DNA of 64,000 bases, from the IMG/VR virus record IMGVR_UViG_3300018494_000083; one strand, 5' to 3'. A model generated the notes under the pieces. That model was not told the origin of the DNA and ran no database searches. It worked only from the letters and a program-made list of their open reading frames with translations. This stretch comes from a virus (taxonomy: Duplodnaviria > Caudoviricetes). The stretch's first letter is position 1. The number at the start of each line of letters is the position of its first letter. Positions 42,773-51,495 of this stretch are shown here, one piece after another. The position numbers and the translations under genes were made by a program.

Positions 42773-44984
42773 AATACCATCGGAATTATTGGTGAAATGA
42801 AAATGTACACTGGATCCACCTGATGCAGTAACTAGTACATTAACAAATGCTGAATCTTGGTTAACGAATCGTATAGTTGGAGTACAACACCTCTGTCAAC
42901 AGTTGTCCAGTTATATGTAACTATACCTGAAGCATTTAGAATCCAATGCATAGCTACTCTTGAGTATATATCTATATCGGCATATGCTACATTACTTGGA
43001 GTGAGACACCTCTTTCATTACTTATCCAATGGTATATAATAAAACCCGAATGGTTATTTATCCAAAACATAGTAACTCTGGAAGGTTCATCAATATTGTT
43101 GATTAGATTACATGGAGTGCACACCTTGCGGATGCCTTACAGAATTCCAATAATAATGACCGTTCCCTGAAGATAAAATCATGCCTGCGAAATCGAGACC
43201 GATAAATGTAGGAGTCCATACTTATAATACTGAACATGATTTGCACCGAAAGCTCCATTTCCTGCAACCATATGATTTTGATCCCAGTCATAATTTTGAT
43301 ACGCATTTGGAGTAACACCTCTCGATTGACTGGTAAGGGAATATGATCGATACCCAAGATAATTTATTAAAAGGATATTATTTATATTATCCTCACTGTT
43401 ATCAGGAGTCTATATACCATTTATACTTATATTTCCAGGACCAGTATTTTTACCATAGCCTTCCATTTCAATAAAATTAAATCTAGCCTCTGACTCAGGA
43501 ATAAGTTTATATCTTGGAGTTACTAAACACCCCAATACCAATTTATATGATCATAATTCCCTAATCCATTAGCTAGTATATTTGATTGAATATGGTATAT
43601 TTTAGATTGATTAAACCAAGGAGTAGATCATACGAGAATTCTGTTCCATATGGATATACATGTGTATAATCTACATCACGAACTGCAAATATACCAGATC
43701 TCTTTCTCCAGATATCTCCTTCTGTTATATTTGGAGTAGAACCATACCGTGTACTGGAAATGGTCCACGATACCTCAAGTCCATCAAGACGACAATAACC
43801 ATCAGGTATTAGTTCACCTTTCCAATAATCGACAACTGACGGAGTGTTTATTCATACATGTCATAAGAATAGATATAAGAACTGATTGAACCTGATCCAT
43901 CGGTATATAATGTGACGAATCCTAATGGTTTCCATTGCGGCAAATAAAAAGTTGTAGGAGTGGCACCATTTTTTACGTATGAATTATGTGTATAATCTCC
44001 AATGTATGCTTTACCGTTTTCATATACTACGCCAAATTTTCCAAGTTTAATATCCTGCAAATGCGGAGTAGAGCCATACTCTTTATTTGTTGATCCATAA
44101 GTTACGTCTCCTCGCATAAATATAGCTATTATTCTTGGTGCTGTTAATGTATATTCGTCATTATCTCCATTTGTATATGGATAATTAGGAGTATATTAAT
44201 ACCACCATCTTCGTAATACACAGGTACCCAGTCTTGAGGCTGTCTATATGTACTTACTAAATGATATCTGTTTGATATCGACAGCTCACTTGGAGTAGCC
44301 ATACGAATTATTTGACGAATAGCAGTATACAGATATTGGTAAATCAATACAGGTATAAATTCCTGATACATGTGCCCATTTTAGATCCCAATGATCTATC
44401 ACATAAGGAGTTGTACCATGTTGTGATTTTGGATAATACATTCCATCGCCATTAATACCTCCAGATAGGTTTATGACAAATTGAAATTGTCCATGCCAGT
44501 TACTTCGTATTGTATGCGGAGTGATAACTCACCAAGGTAATTACCAGGAAACATATATGATGGATACCCATCCACTCTCATTACGATCACTGAACCATCG
44601 TTACTATGAATATCTCCAAATAAAATATATACCGGAGTCAATTCCATGTGATTGTGGGTAATCTCCGTATAAATCCCACCACGTTGGACTAATGCTTCCA
44701 TTCTCAATCATTATCAGATGATATCCAGATGACTGATTTAGGTTGTCTGGAGTCAATTCCATGTGATTGAGGATATGGTCCATATAATGAGTACCAGGTT
44801 GCGTCAGCCTTTCCACTTTTAATTATTATTAGGAAATAATCATTTAAACGAGCTGGGTCATCTGGAGTATCACACCAAGACGGTCAGAGCACCCGTAATG
44901 ATGTTCAGATCCAAGTCCTTGAGATACGATTTTATACACCCAATAGAGTCTAGTCTCAGTGTATATATAATACCAATAAGGAGT
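42773..44984 (-). repeat. Tandem array of 20 variable-segment cassettes (ACTCC-initiated, TP...G-V/I type, no start codon or RBS)
   Basis: GGAGT on + strand at 42879, 42998, 43114, 43211, 43309, 43405, 43516, 43620, 43733, 43841, 43957, 44065, 44188, 44292, 44407, 44518, 44634, 44749, 44864, 44980 (spacing 96-123 bp); each unit translates without an internal stop from ACT-CCN. Confidence 0.92.
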
Positions 44985-44986
44985 AC

Positions 44987-45029
44987 AAATAAAACCCCGA
45001 ACACGCTTTTGTGTTCGGGGATTATTTTT
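44987..45029. terminator. Terminator bounding the right end of the cassette array
   Basis: CCCCGAACAC/GTGTTCGGGG stem with A/T tracts on both sides; terminates the 45741-45028 gene. Confidence 0.8.
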
Positions 45030-45741
45030 ATTCGTAGTTGTAAGGTCTCTTGGTAGAATTCGGGAATGCCTTGTTTCTCCAATCATAGAGCAAGTCGTCC
45101 CTTTCTTTCTGAGCATCTGCCCAGTCATCAATCTTAAGATCGATAGCACCATCTGCAGTCTCGAGCTTGTCATACATACGAAGCTCAGGATACAACCAGC
45201 ATTTGATATCCAACTTAGCCAACTTCTCAAGTTCGATTCCAACAGAAGGAGGAACTGCGCCGAAGTTAGGATAAGGAATCTTCAAGGTGATATAGACTTT
45301 CTCTGCACCACCGTAACCTCTGAGTTTGAGACGGTTAGGAGGTAAGAACTGGAAAGACTTCGTGGAAATATTCAAACCAGATCTGATACCAGATGCAACA
45401 CCTTCAAGAATCATAGCTTCTACATTGAAACTATGAAGAGGTGCATTCCACTCATCGAAGTGAGAAGTACCAGTAACATCTCTGACAGAAATAATTTCAA
45501 GATTATTATCTTCGAGGAATTGATCACGAATATAATATATCTCAGATCCACCGTCACCCTTCTCATGTTTCATTTCAGTAAGATTCTTTTCCATTACATA
45601 TTCATAAGGGAAGAACTGACTGAAAACTGGAAGTGTATCGTTAATCAAAATTTCTTTGATTGCAGGATAGTATTTTTCAAGAGATAACGCCGGAAATCCG
45701 AGCTGTGTAACAACTTTCTTCATAAAGAAATTTATATCCAT
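45028..45741 (-). CDS. Conserved jumbo-phage structural protein (possibly neck/head completion)
   Basis: GAGAGG RBS; late promoter 45771-45782; function is a weak guess. Confidence 0.55.
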   Translation of the reverse strand: MDINFFMKKVVTQLGFPALSLEKYYPAIKEILINDTLPVFSQFFPYEYVMEKNLTEMKHEKGDGGSEIYYIRDQFLEDNNLEIISVRDVTGTSHFDEWNAPLHSFNVEAMILEGVASGIRSGLNISTKSFQFLPPNRLKLRGYGGAEKVYITLKIPYPNFGAVPPSVGIELEKLAKLDIKCWLYPELRMYDKLETADGAIDLKIDDWADAQKERDDLLYDWRNKAFPNSTKRPYNYE

Positions 45742-45804
45742 AATATTACCTCTCTTCATGTAATCTTTATTAGTATATTGTTTCAAGTGTTGAATCAGAT
45801 GCCA

Positions 45805-45915
45805 ACTCCAGATTCTATGAGAGAAACAACACTGACTGAAATTAGATATTCCAAAATAGCTGATAATAGTTTAGGTGCACCTTGGCAGTATATCTCATAT
45901 TCATTTATTAGCGGA
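45805..45915 (+). repeat. Orphan cassette
   Basis: ACTCCA start; TPDSMRETTLTEIRYSKIADNSLGAPWQYISYSFISG then TAG; 37 codons; lies between divergent promoters. Confidence 0.7.
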
Positions 45916-45970
45916 TAGTATCACACGTGAACAATTATATAATAAATAATAGAAAGTGAGATATTAGCAT

Positions 45971-47248
45971 ATGTCATTATCACAAGCAATATCATTTTCA
46001 TATGACACACCTAGAACAGCATCTCAATTATTAACATTGGTTAAAAAAGATATAAAAAATTTAGTCGAATACGTTCGTCCAGTCAGAGGCGTACCTACAG
46101 AATATACTATTCAGATTACTGAATATATCAATAATAAACTTCGTGAAGAAGAGCAATTTCTAAGACAACAAGAAAAGTCCGATAAAGAAATTAGATATGC
46201 ATTGGTTAAAATGCGATCGAAATATCGGATAAGATATGTTTGTGTTGAGAAAACCCAAGATATACCAAATACTATAGTTATCTCTGTTGCAGATAAGGAT
46301 GACAATACTGAATGTCATAGTGAGTTGGTTAACTTAGTTAATACTAAAATTACCAAGCCAATAATTAGTGTCCTTCGCTCAAAATATTCTCGATATTTAT
46401 ATAAATATCTTACGATAGAATTGGCTGATTCTCATTCAACGGAAATTCGCATATCATGCAATAGCGATACTCTAACAGAGTCATACTTATCGGAGGATAA
46501 ATTTATGAATATGCAATTAATATTATTAGAGACAATAGATCTACTTATCGAAGATTTAGACTCAGCTAATGAGCAAAATACATTAAATGAATCTGTAGGT
46601 TCCAAGATCAGTAACACAATTCGAGTGATCATAGATGCAATTAAGCGATTAATAAGCACTATAAAACGAGCCATATCTGCAGCGGCTACGAATGCAAAAT
46701 TTAAGCAATTGAAAGATCAATTTGAAAATTCAAGCAACCATTTATTCTATATAAAAGTAAATGAAAATTTTCTTAGTCAATATGATTTATCCGATCTAAT
46801 CGATAATATATACCTTCCTGTATATAATGCAATAACGACTGGTGATTTAGATCGAGAAGATCTATATGAAGAGGCTAGCAATTATAACGACAAGTTCTTT
46901 GTTGACTCACCAGATGATAAAAATGTATTTGTTGCGAGTCATATTAATACGGCTATAGATCATGCCACTGTGTATCTTAAGGAAATTAATAGAGCCATAT
47001 CATTGATGGAGAAAGCAATTTCAAAATTCGAGACCATGAGAGTCAATGGCAAGTTCGATCACTCTGACAGCTATTGTAAAATTATATTATCTACAGTTAA
47101 ATATGATTTGAGGTTTTTAAATAGTCTCGCATGTATGCAGATAGTTGCAATGAGTGGAACAAAAGATGATAATCTTGATGTGGCTAGAGCCGATGCTAGA
47201 ACTAAACAAGAGATTATTAAAGATGTAGAACACAAAAATAATAAGTAA
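45971..47248 (+). CDS. Putative internal head protein (425 aa)
   Basis: Late promoter 45930-45941; LTES and LNES motifs. Confidence 0.6.
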   Translation: MSLSQAISFSYDTPRTASQLLTLVKKDIKNLVEYVRPVRGVPTEYTIQITEYINNKLREEEQFLRQQEKSDKEIRYALVKMRSKYRIRYVCVEKTQDIPNTIVISVADKDDNTECHSELVNLVNTKITKPIISVLRSKYSRYLYKYLTIELADSHSTEIRISCNSDTLTESYLSEDKFMNMQLILLETIDLLIEDLDSANEQNTLNESVGSKISNTIRVIIDAIKRLISTIKRAISAAATNAKFKQLKDQFENSSNHLFYIKVNENFLSQYDLSDLIDNIYLPVYNAITTGDLDREDLYEEASNYNDKFFVDSPDDKNVFVASHINTAIDHATVYLKEINRAISLMEKAISKFETMRVNGKFDHSDSYCKIILSTVKYDLRFLNSLACMQIVAMSGTKDDNLDVARADARTKQEIIKDVEHKNNK

Positions 47249-47314
47249 TACTATTGGTTGGGAATTGGTGTAATTTAAAATATCTATTTTTATTTACCCC
47301 CCCCCCATAATTAA

Positions 47315-47371
47315 AACATATTATTAATGAGCAAGATACCTGAAGACGCTCAGCGTCTTCAGGTTATTTTT
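47315..47371 (+). promoter_or_regulatory. Late promoter plus conserved hairpin element, copy 1
   Basis: AACATATTATTA-ATGAGCAAGATA-CCTGAAGACGCT-C-AGCGTCTTCAGG-TTATTTTT. Confidence 0.7.
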
Positions 47372-47392
47372 GTTAATCTGTATAAATGAGGT

Positions 47393-48148
47393 ATGGATAT
47401 GAGTAAGCAATCTGGAATATTAGCAAATGCACTTCGTGTAGAGGCAAGTAGATATCTCCCATCTGATACCGAGACTTTAAATGAGTCTGCAACTGGAGAT
47501 ATTGTAAAATTACTAAGCTTTGTAGCAGTTACCGTTGGCGGGTTAATCTGGTTTCGGTTATCTGATAAGAAAGATGAAAAGAAACAAGAGGAACGTGACC
47601 AACAAAAGCGAATCAAAGACGAAGAAGCTCGTCGTGATGACGAGAAAAAATATAATGAATTTGTTGTAAAATATAAAATTGGTACATTCACACCTAAAGA
47701 GATATCATCGAAGGAAGAATTAGCCAGATTTATCGAAACTGATGTACGAAAACTTATTCAGGAGTTTAATAAATCTGATGTTGGTAAAACATGGATAAAA
47801 GAGAATATCGCATCATATTGCGATAAACTCAAAGAAGAATATAAAGATGATTTAACCAATAAATGGTATCTTGATGGTGTTAAAGATGCTAAATCATTTA
47901 AAACATTTGCCTGCGAGGTATTTGAAGAGTACGAATACAACGGTGTATATGAGCTCTCACTCACAATTATAGATGGGCATGAACAAGATTTAAATGTACA
48001 TTTAAGCTCGTTCCTTGATGGACTTAAATTTATTTGCGATCACAGATATAAAGAGTGTGAGAAGTTTGGATACAAAGTAGTCATAAGTGCTGGTGATGGA
48101 GATGAAGGAATAATTTCTTTCCGCATCTCGTCAGTTGATAAGAAATAA
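47393..48148 (+). CDS. Putative internal head protein (251 aa)
   Basis: TLNES then hydrophobic segment; C-terminal GDGDEGII. Confidence 0.6.
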   Translation: MDMSKQSGILANALRVEASRYLPSDTETLNESATGDIVKLLSFVAVTVGGLIWFRLSDKKDEKKQEERDQQKRIKDEEARRDDEKKYNEFVVKYKIGTFTPKEISSKEELARFIETDVRKLIQEFNKSDVGKTWIKENIASYCDKLKEEYKDDLTNKWYLDGVKDAKSFKTFACEVFEEYEYNGVYELSLTIIDGHEQDLNVHLSSFLDGLKFICDHRYKECEKFGYKVVISAGDGDEGIISFRISSVDKK

Positions 48149-48163
48149 ATTGATTTATGAAGA

Positions 48164-48198
48164 TAGAGATGCTCTTAACGGGGCATCTCTATTTTTTT
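48164..48198 (+). terminator. Intrinsic terminator
   Basis: TAGAGATGCTC/GGGCATCTCTA stem then T7. Confidence 0.75.
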
Positions 48199-48200
48199 GT

Positions 48201-48308
48201 CACATACGTCTCATTAGTATATTTATTATGTGATCTTCCATCTTCCTTAATGGTGTTAAACCTAACTATGTAATATGCGTATATAGTCTGATTTGTGAAC
48301 ATTGGAGT
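48201..48308 (-). repeat. Orphan cassette
   Basis: ACTCCA start; TPMFTNQTIYAYYIVRFNTIKEDGRSHNKYTNETYV; 36 codons; abuts a terminator. Confidence 0.7.
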
Positions 48309-48409
48309 GAAATAAGGTGTTTTTTTTGATCATAATCGGGGAATTCAAACATTTTAATAATAGTTGGGGCTTTAAATCTGACTAGAAATTCTGAAAGAGA
48401 GGCTTATAT

Positions 48410-49108
48410 ATGAAAGTAACATCTAAGGATCTTCTCAATGAAGCATACAAGCTGATGTGCACTGACATTAGGGGGCTCGATCAGGAGGATGATTCTCTCA
48501 ACGAGGGTGTCGGTGAATGGGTTGTCATCGGCGTATACGTTGGTTATCTTGCTCTCATCATCGGTGCTTCTGCTCTTTGTGCTCATCTTGCGAGAAAGAA
48601 CGCTGCTCGTCAGGCTACTGCTGTGGATCGTGAAGAGTTTACTGCTGCAATTGAGTATCTGAAGAAGACTTGGTTTGACGAATTCAAGGATAAGACCAAG
48701 GCTAAGTTCGGTGCTTATGTTGCTGCTGACGGTATCGAGTTCGTTTCTGATATCCTCGCAAAGACCGTCGACCAGTCTAACGACAAATCTAACAGACATG
48801 ATGCACTTGTTTATCATATTCCGATCGCTAACATTAACTACTCGAAGATCGTTAAGACTCTTGCTTCTAAGGAGCAGGCTAAGTTTAACTCTTCGATCAA
48901 CAATGCTAAGACTATGATCGAGAATATCGGTGACGCAATTATCGATCACATCGTTGGTATCTTTGAAGTAGCTAAGAAGGCTCATCCGATCCTTCGTGAC
49001 CACTTCTGTGTATTCATCGATGGTAACGGTACTCAGGGCACTATTTATATCGGTACTCAGATTGACAAATCTATTGTCTTTAGTGACTCGAAGTATCTCA
49101 AAAAGTAA
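48410..49108 (+). CDS. Putative internal head protein (232 aa)
   Basis: Late promoter 48348-48359; LNEA and LNEG then hydrophobic segment; DGNGTQGTIYI resembles the end of the previous gene. Confidence 0.6.
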   Translation: MKVTSKDLLNEAYKLMCTDIRGLDQEDDSLNEGVGEWVVIGVYVGYLALIIGASALCAHLARKNAARQATAVDREEFTAAIEYLKKTWFDEFKDKTKAKFGAYVAADGIEFVSDILAKTVDQSNDKSNRHDALVYHIPIANINYSKIVKTLASKEQAKFNSSINNAKTMIENIGDAIIDHIVGIFEVAKKAHPILRDHFCVFIDGNGTQGTIYIGTQIDKSIVFSDSKYLKK

Positions 49109-49123
49109 TTAAGGAGGTTCACT

Positions 49124-50794
49124 ATGCCTTCTGATAAGAACTCGGGGCTCTTGGTTAAAGAGCCCCATATGACAAATCTTATGGGTAAGCCTGAAGCAGT
49201 TGTCTCCGAATCCGATATGGAGAACTCTGCTGCACATAAAGACTTATCTGTAATCAACTTTGATGAAATTAATAAAGTTATCCATGCTGACAATAAAGAG
49301 TCTACTTGGGCTGAATACCGCAAAGGTGCAGCTAAGAGAATCTGGAATTGTTCTGTTTCCGTTCTTTATGTGAAATATCTTAAGGATCGTAATACTGAGA
49401 CGACTTTCATTAAATTCATCTCCGAACACGGTTTCCCTGTTCTTAAAGGTGCTGAGGAAATCGTAAACTACATGAACGATAAGCTTAAACTTTTCAAAGG
49501 TATTGTTGATCGTTACAAGGATGAGCTTGATAACAACTATACCAAGTATGGTCTTACTAAAGCTGAAGCAATTAAGCTTTTGAAAGACATCAAGAATGAT
49601 AAGTTTGCGCATATCAGTTCACGAATCTATAATAAACTCAATGCCAGATCCAAAGAATGGAAGAGAAATTGGGGTGCCGATTTTAAAGCATTCGGTGGTG
49701 GTCTTGTGTTTATGAACCCTGATGAAAATATCTGGGAATATTCTCGTAATGTTGAAACGCTGTTCAACCTGGCACAAACTTACGATATTGTCGTATATTG
49801 TCATGGAACTAACGTTACACCTGGTCATCATTTATCCGAAGCTGAGTATTCTCTCGCCGAAAAGATTGATAAGATGATGCAGACTAAGGAAACTAAGAAA
49901 GTTTCTGTAGCAGTTCAGGAGCTTGAAGATTCTCTTACTCAGGACGAGAAAGCGATTCTTAAGAAGTACAGCGATAAGAAACTTATGAGATATTACAAAG
50001 TTCAAAGTGGTGAGCTTGAACGCTATTATTATAACGACTTCCTTTACATTCGTGATAGAATTCGTGGTGACTTACGTAAGCAGTGGGGATTTGGATCGCC
50101 ACTTAAAACACCTTATGGTGTATTCCGTGATGTCAATGAATTCTGCCGTGAGTGTGTTCGTAGAGGTCATAAGAAGATTAAGATTATGTCTTGTAATCCT
50201 GGTCATTATAAGATCGCAAAAGATCTCCTCAACATGAAGGATATCGATATCGATTACCAGGTATATTCTATCTTCGTTGAATCTACAGCTGATGCTATGT
50301 ATGAAAATCTTCTGAATAATATGTACTGTGCGATTAATGAGGCTTGTAAAGCTAATGAAGCCTGTGTGTCTTGTGAGTCTGCCGATGGTGTTGGATTGCC
50401 TGAGGAAAGCAAGACTGAGGAACAAAAACGAAAAGTTTCTGAGGAAAGCTACAAAATTCGCAAGATTGCATATCAGAAGATCAAGAAGCATATTTCCGAT
50501 GCATCCATTAAAGGCGTTGTTAATAATTATCTAAAAGCGAACGAGATCAATGACTATTTTTATGCCCACTATAAGTCGAACCAGACACTCATTGTAGCTG
50601 ATATTGATATCGACTATACTAAGGGTGACGACGAGAAGTATAAAGAAGTCAAAACCGCCATTTATAAACTCATCAAGGAAATCAATAAAGACATTGCATC
50701 TGAGAATTGTAAGGTGACTGTATTCTGGCTTAACGTCATGGAAGGACTTCGCTATACAGGTACTATCAACATGCATATGTACAAAACAAACTAA
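49124..50794 (+). CDS. Putative head protein with caspase/C80-like His-Cys motifs
   Basis: AGGAGG RBS; IVVYCHG and IKIMSCNPG; VSES, FVES, INEA motifs. Confidence 0.55.
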   Translation: MPSDKNSGLLVKEPHMTNLMGKPEAVVSESDMENSAAHKDLSVINFDEINKVIHADNKESTWAEYRKGAAKRIWNCSVSVLYVKYLKDRNTETTFIKFISEHGFPVLKGAEEIVNYMNDKLKLFKGIVDRYKDELDNNYTKYGLTKAEAIKLLKDIKNDKFAHISSRIYNKLNARSKEWKRNWGADFKAFGGGLVFMNPDENIWEYSRNVETLFNLAQTYDIVVYCHGTNVTPGHHLSEAEYSLAEKIDKMMQTKETKKVSVAVQELEDSLTQDEKAILKKYSDKKLMRYYKVQSGELERYYYNDFLYIRDRIRGDLRKQWGFGSPLKTPYGVFRDVNEFCRECVRRGHKKIKIMSCNPGHYKIAKDLLNMKDIDIDYQVYSIFVESTADAMYENLLNNMYCAINEACKANEACVSCESADGVGLPEESKTEEQKRKVSEESYKIRKIAYQKIKKHISDASIKGVVNNYLKANEINDYFYAHYKSNQTLIVADIDIDYTKGDDEKYKEVKTAIYKLIKEINKDIASENCKVTVFWLNVMEGLRYTGTINMHMYKTN

Positions 50795-50846
50795 CATTTA
50801 TATAATGAGCAAGACCTGAAGATGCTGAGCATCTTCAGGTTTCTTT
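50793..50846 (+). promoter_or_regulatory. Late promoter plus conserved hairpin element, copy 2
   Basis: AACATTTATATA-ATGAGCAAGA-CCTGAAGATGCT-G-AGCATCTTCAGG-TTTCTTT. Confidence 0.7.
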
Positions 50847-50876
50847 CGTTGTTATTAGAAATTGGAGGATAATATT

Positions 50877-51425
50877 ATGAGTAATATTATAGATAAACTT
50901 CTTGAAACTGCAAGTGCTCTGAATGAAGATGCTTATGCACGCCATCAACAGAGGAAGCTTGTTGAAGGAAATAAAAAGATTGATGAGATAGACAAAAAGA
51001 TTGACTCAGAAAGAAAGAAAACTGAGTTTGGTAAATCTGATAAAACCCTTAGACAGCTCGAGAAGGACAAAAAGAGAATAGAACAGAGTCATGCAGTAAA
51101 AGGGCAAGTTCAGGGGTCTGGAACTCATTTTGAAATTCGACCGGCGGGGAAAGATAATATTTTAGATACATATACTGGAAATGTTTACTCTATGGGTGAT
51201 ACTATATTAAATCCTCGAAATAAGAATTCTCTTCGTAAAGATGGTAATGAATCATCAAGAAAAAGTGCAGAGCCAAAAAATGCAGCTCTTCATGACCGCA
51301 TCAATAAGAGATCTGAAAAATATACGCCTGCAGATAAGAAATCTACTCAGCATGAGTCGGTAGCTAGGCTCGCTGAACTTCTTGTTGAGGCAGCTAATAT
51401 TCTTCTTGAAACTGAAAATAAGTAA
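50877..51425 (+). CDS. Putative internal head protein (basic, 182 aa)
   Basis: GGAGG RBS; ALNED and QHES motifs. Confidence 0.6.
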   Translation: MSNIIDKLLETASALNEDAYARHQQRKLVEGNKKIDEIDKKIDSERKKTEFGKSDKTLRQLEKDKKRIEQSHAVKGQVQGSGTHFEIRPAGKDNILDTYTGNVYSMGDTILNPRNKNSLRKDGNESSRKSAEPKNAALHDRINKRSEKYTPADKKSTQHESVARLAELLVEAANILLETENK

Positions 51426-51445
51426 TGTAAAATCCAACTGAACAA

Positions 51446-51492
51446 AGATAGGGAGATAGCCGTAATTGGCTATCTCCTTCTATCTATTTTTT
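51446..51492. terminator. Bidirectional terminator
   Basis: GGAGATAGCC/GGCTATCTCC stem between convergent genes. Confidence 0.75.
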
Positions 51493-51495
51493 GAG

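Noticed and set aside
42773-44984. CRISPR array
   Set aside because: The constant part is only 5 bp, units are about 110 bp and keep an open frame, and no cas genes are present
42773-44984. Classical DGR template repeat or shufflon
   Set aside because: No unit matches the target with adenine-only mismatches, units are not AAY-codon templates, and no RT is seen; all units face the same way, lack the protein's final C-terminus, and have no invertase nearby
42857-45242. Small ORFs called in the track (42857, 43103, 43848, 44144, 44471, 44604, 44844, 44870)
   Set aside because: No RBS; they are by-products of open cassette frames running across junctions
43410-45918. TAG recoding suggested by cassettes ending in TAG
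   Set aside because: Genes are full length in the standard code and TAG ends the 1720-aa gene; these TAGs lie outside the G-V/I boundary
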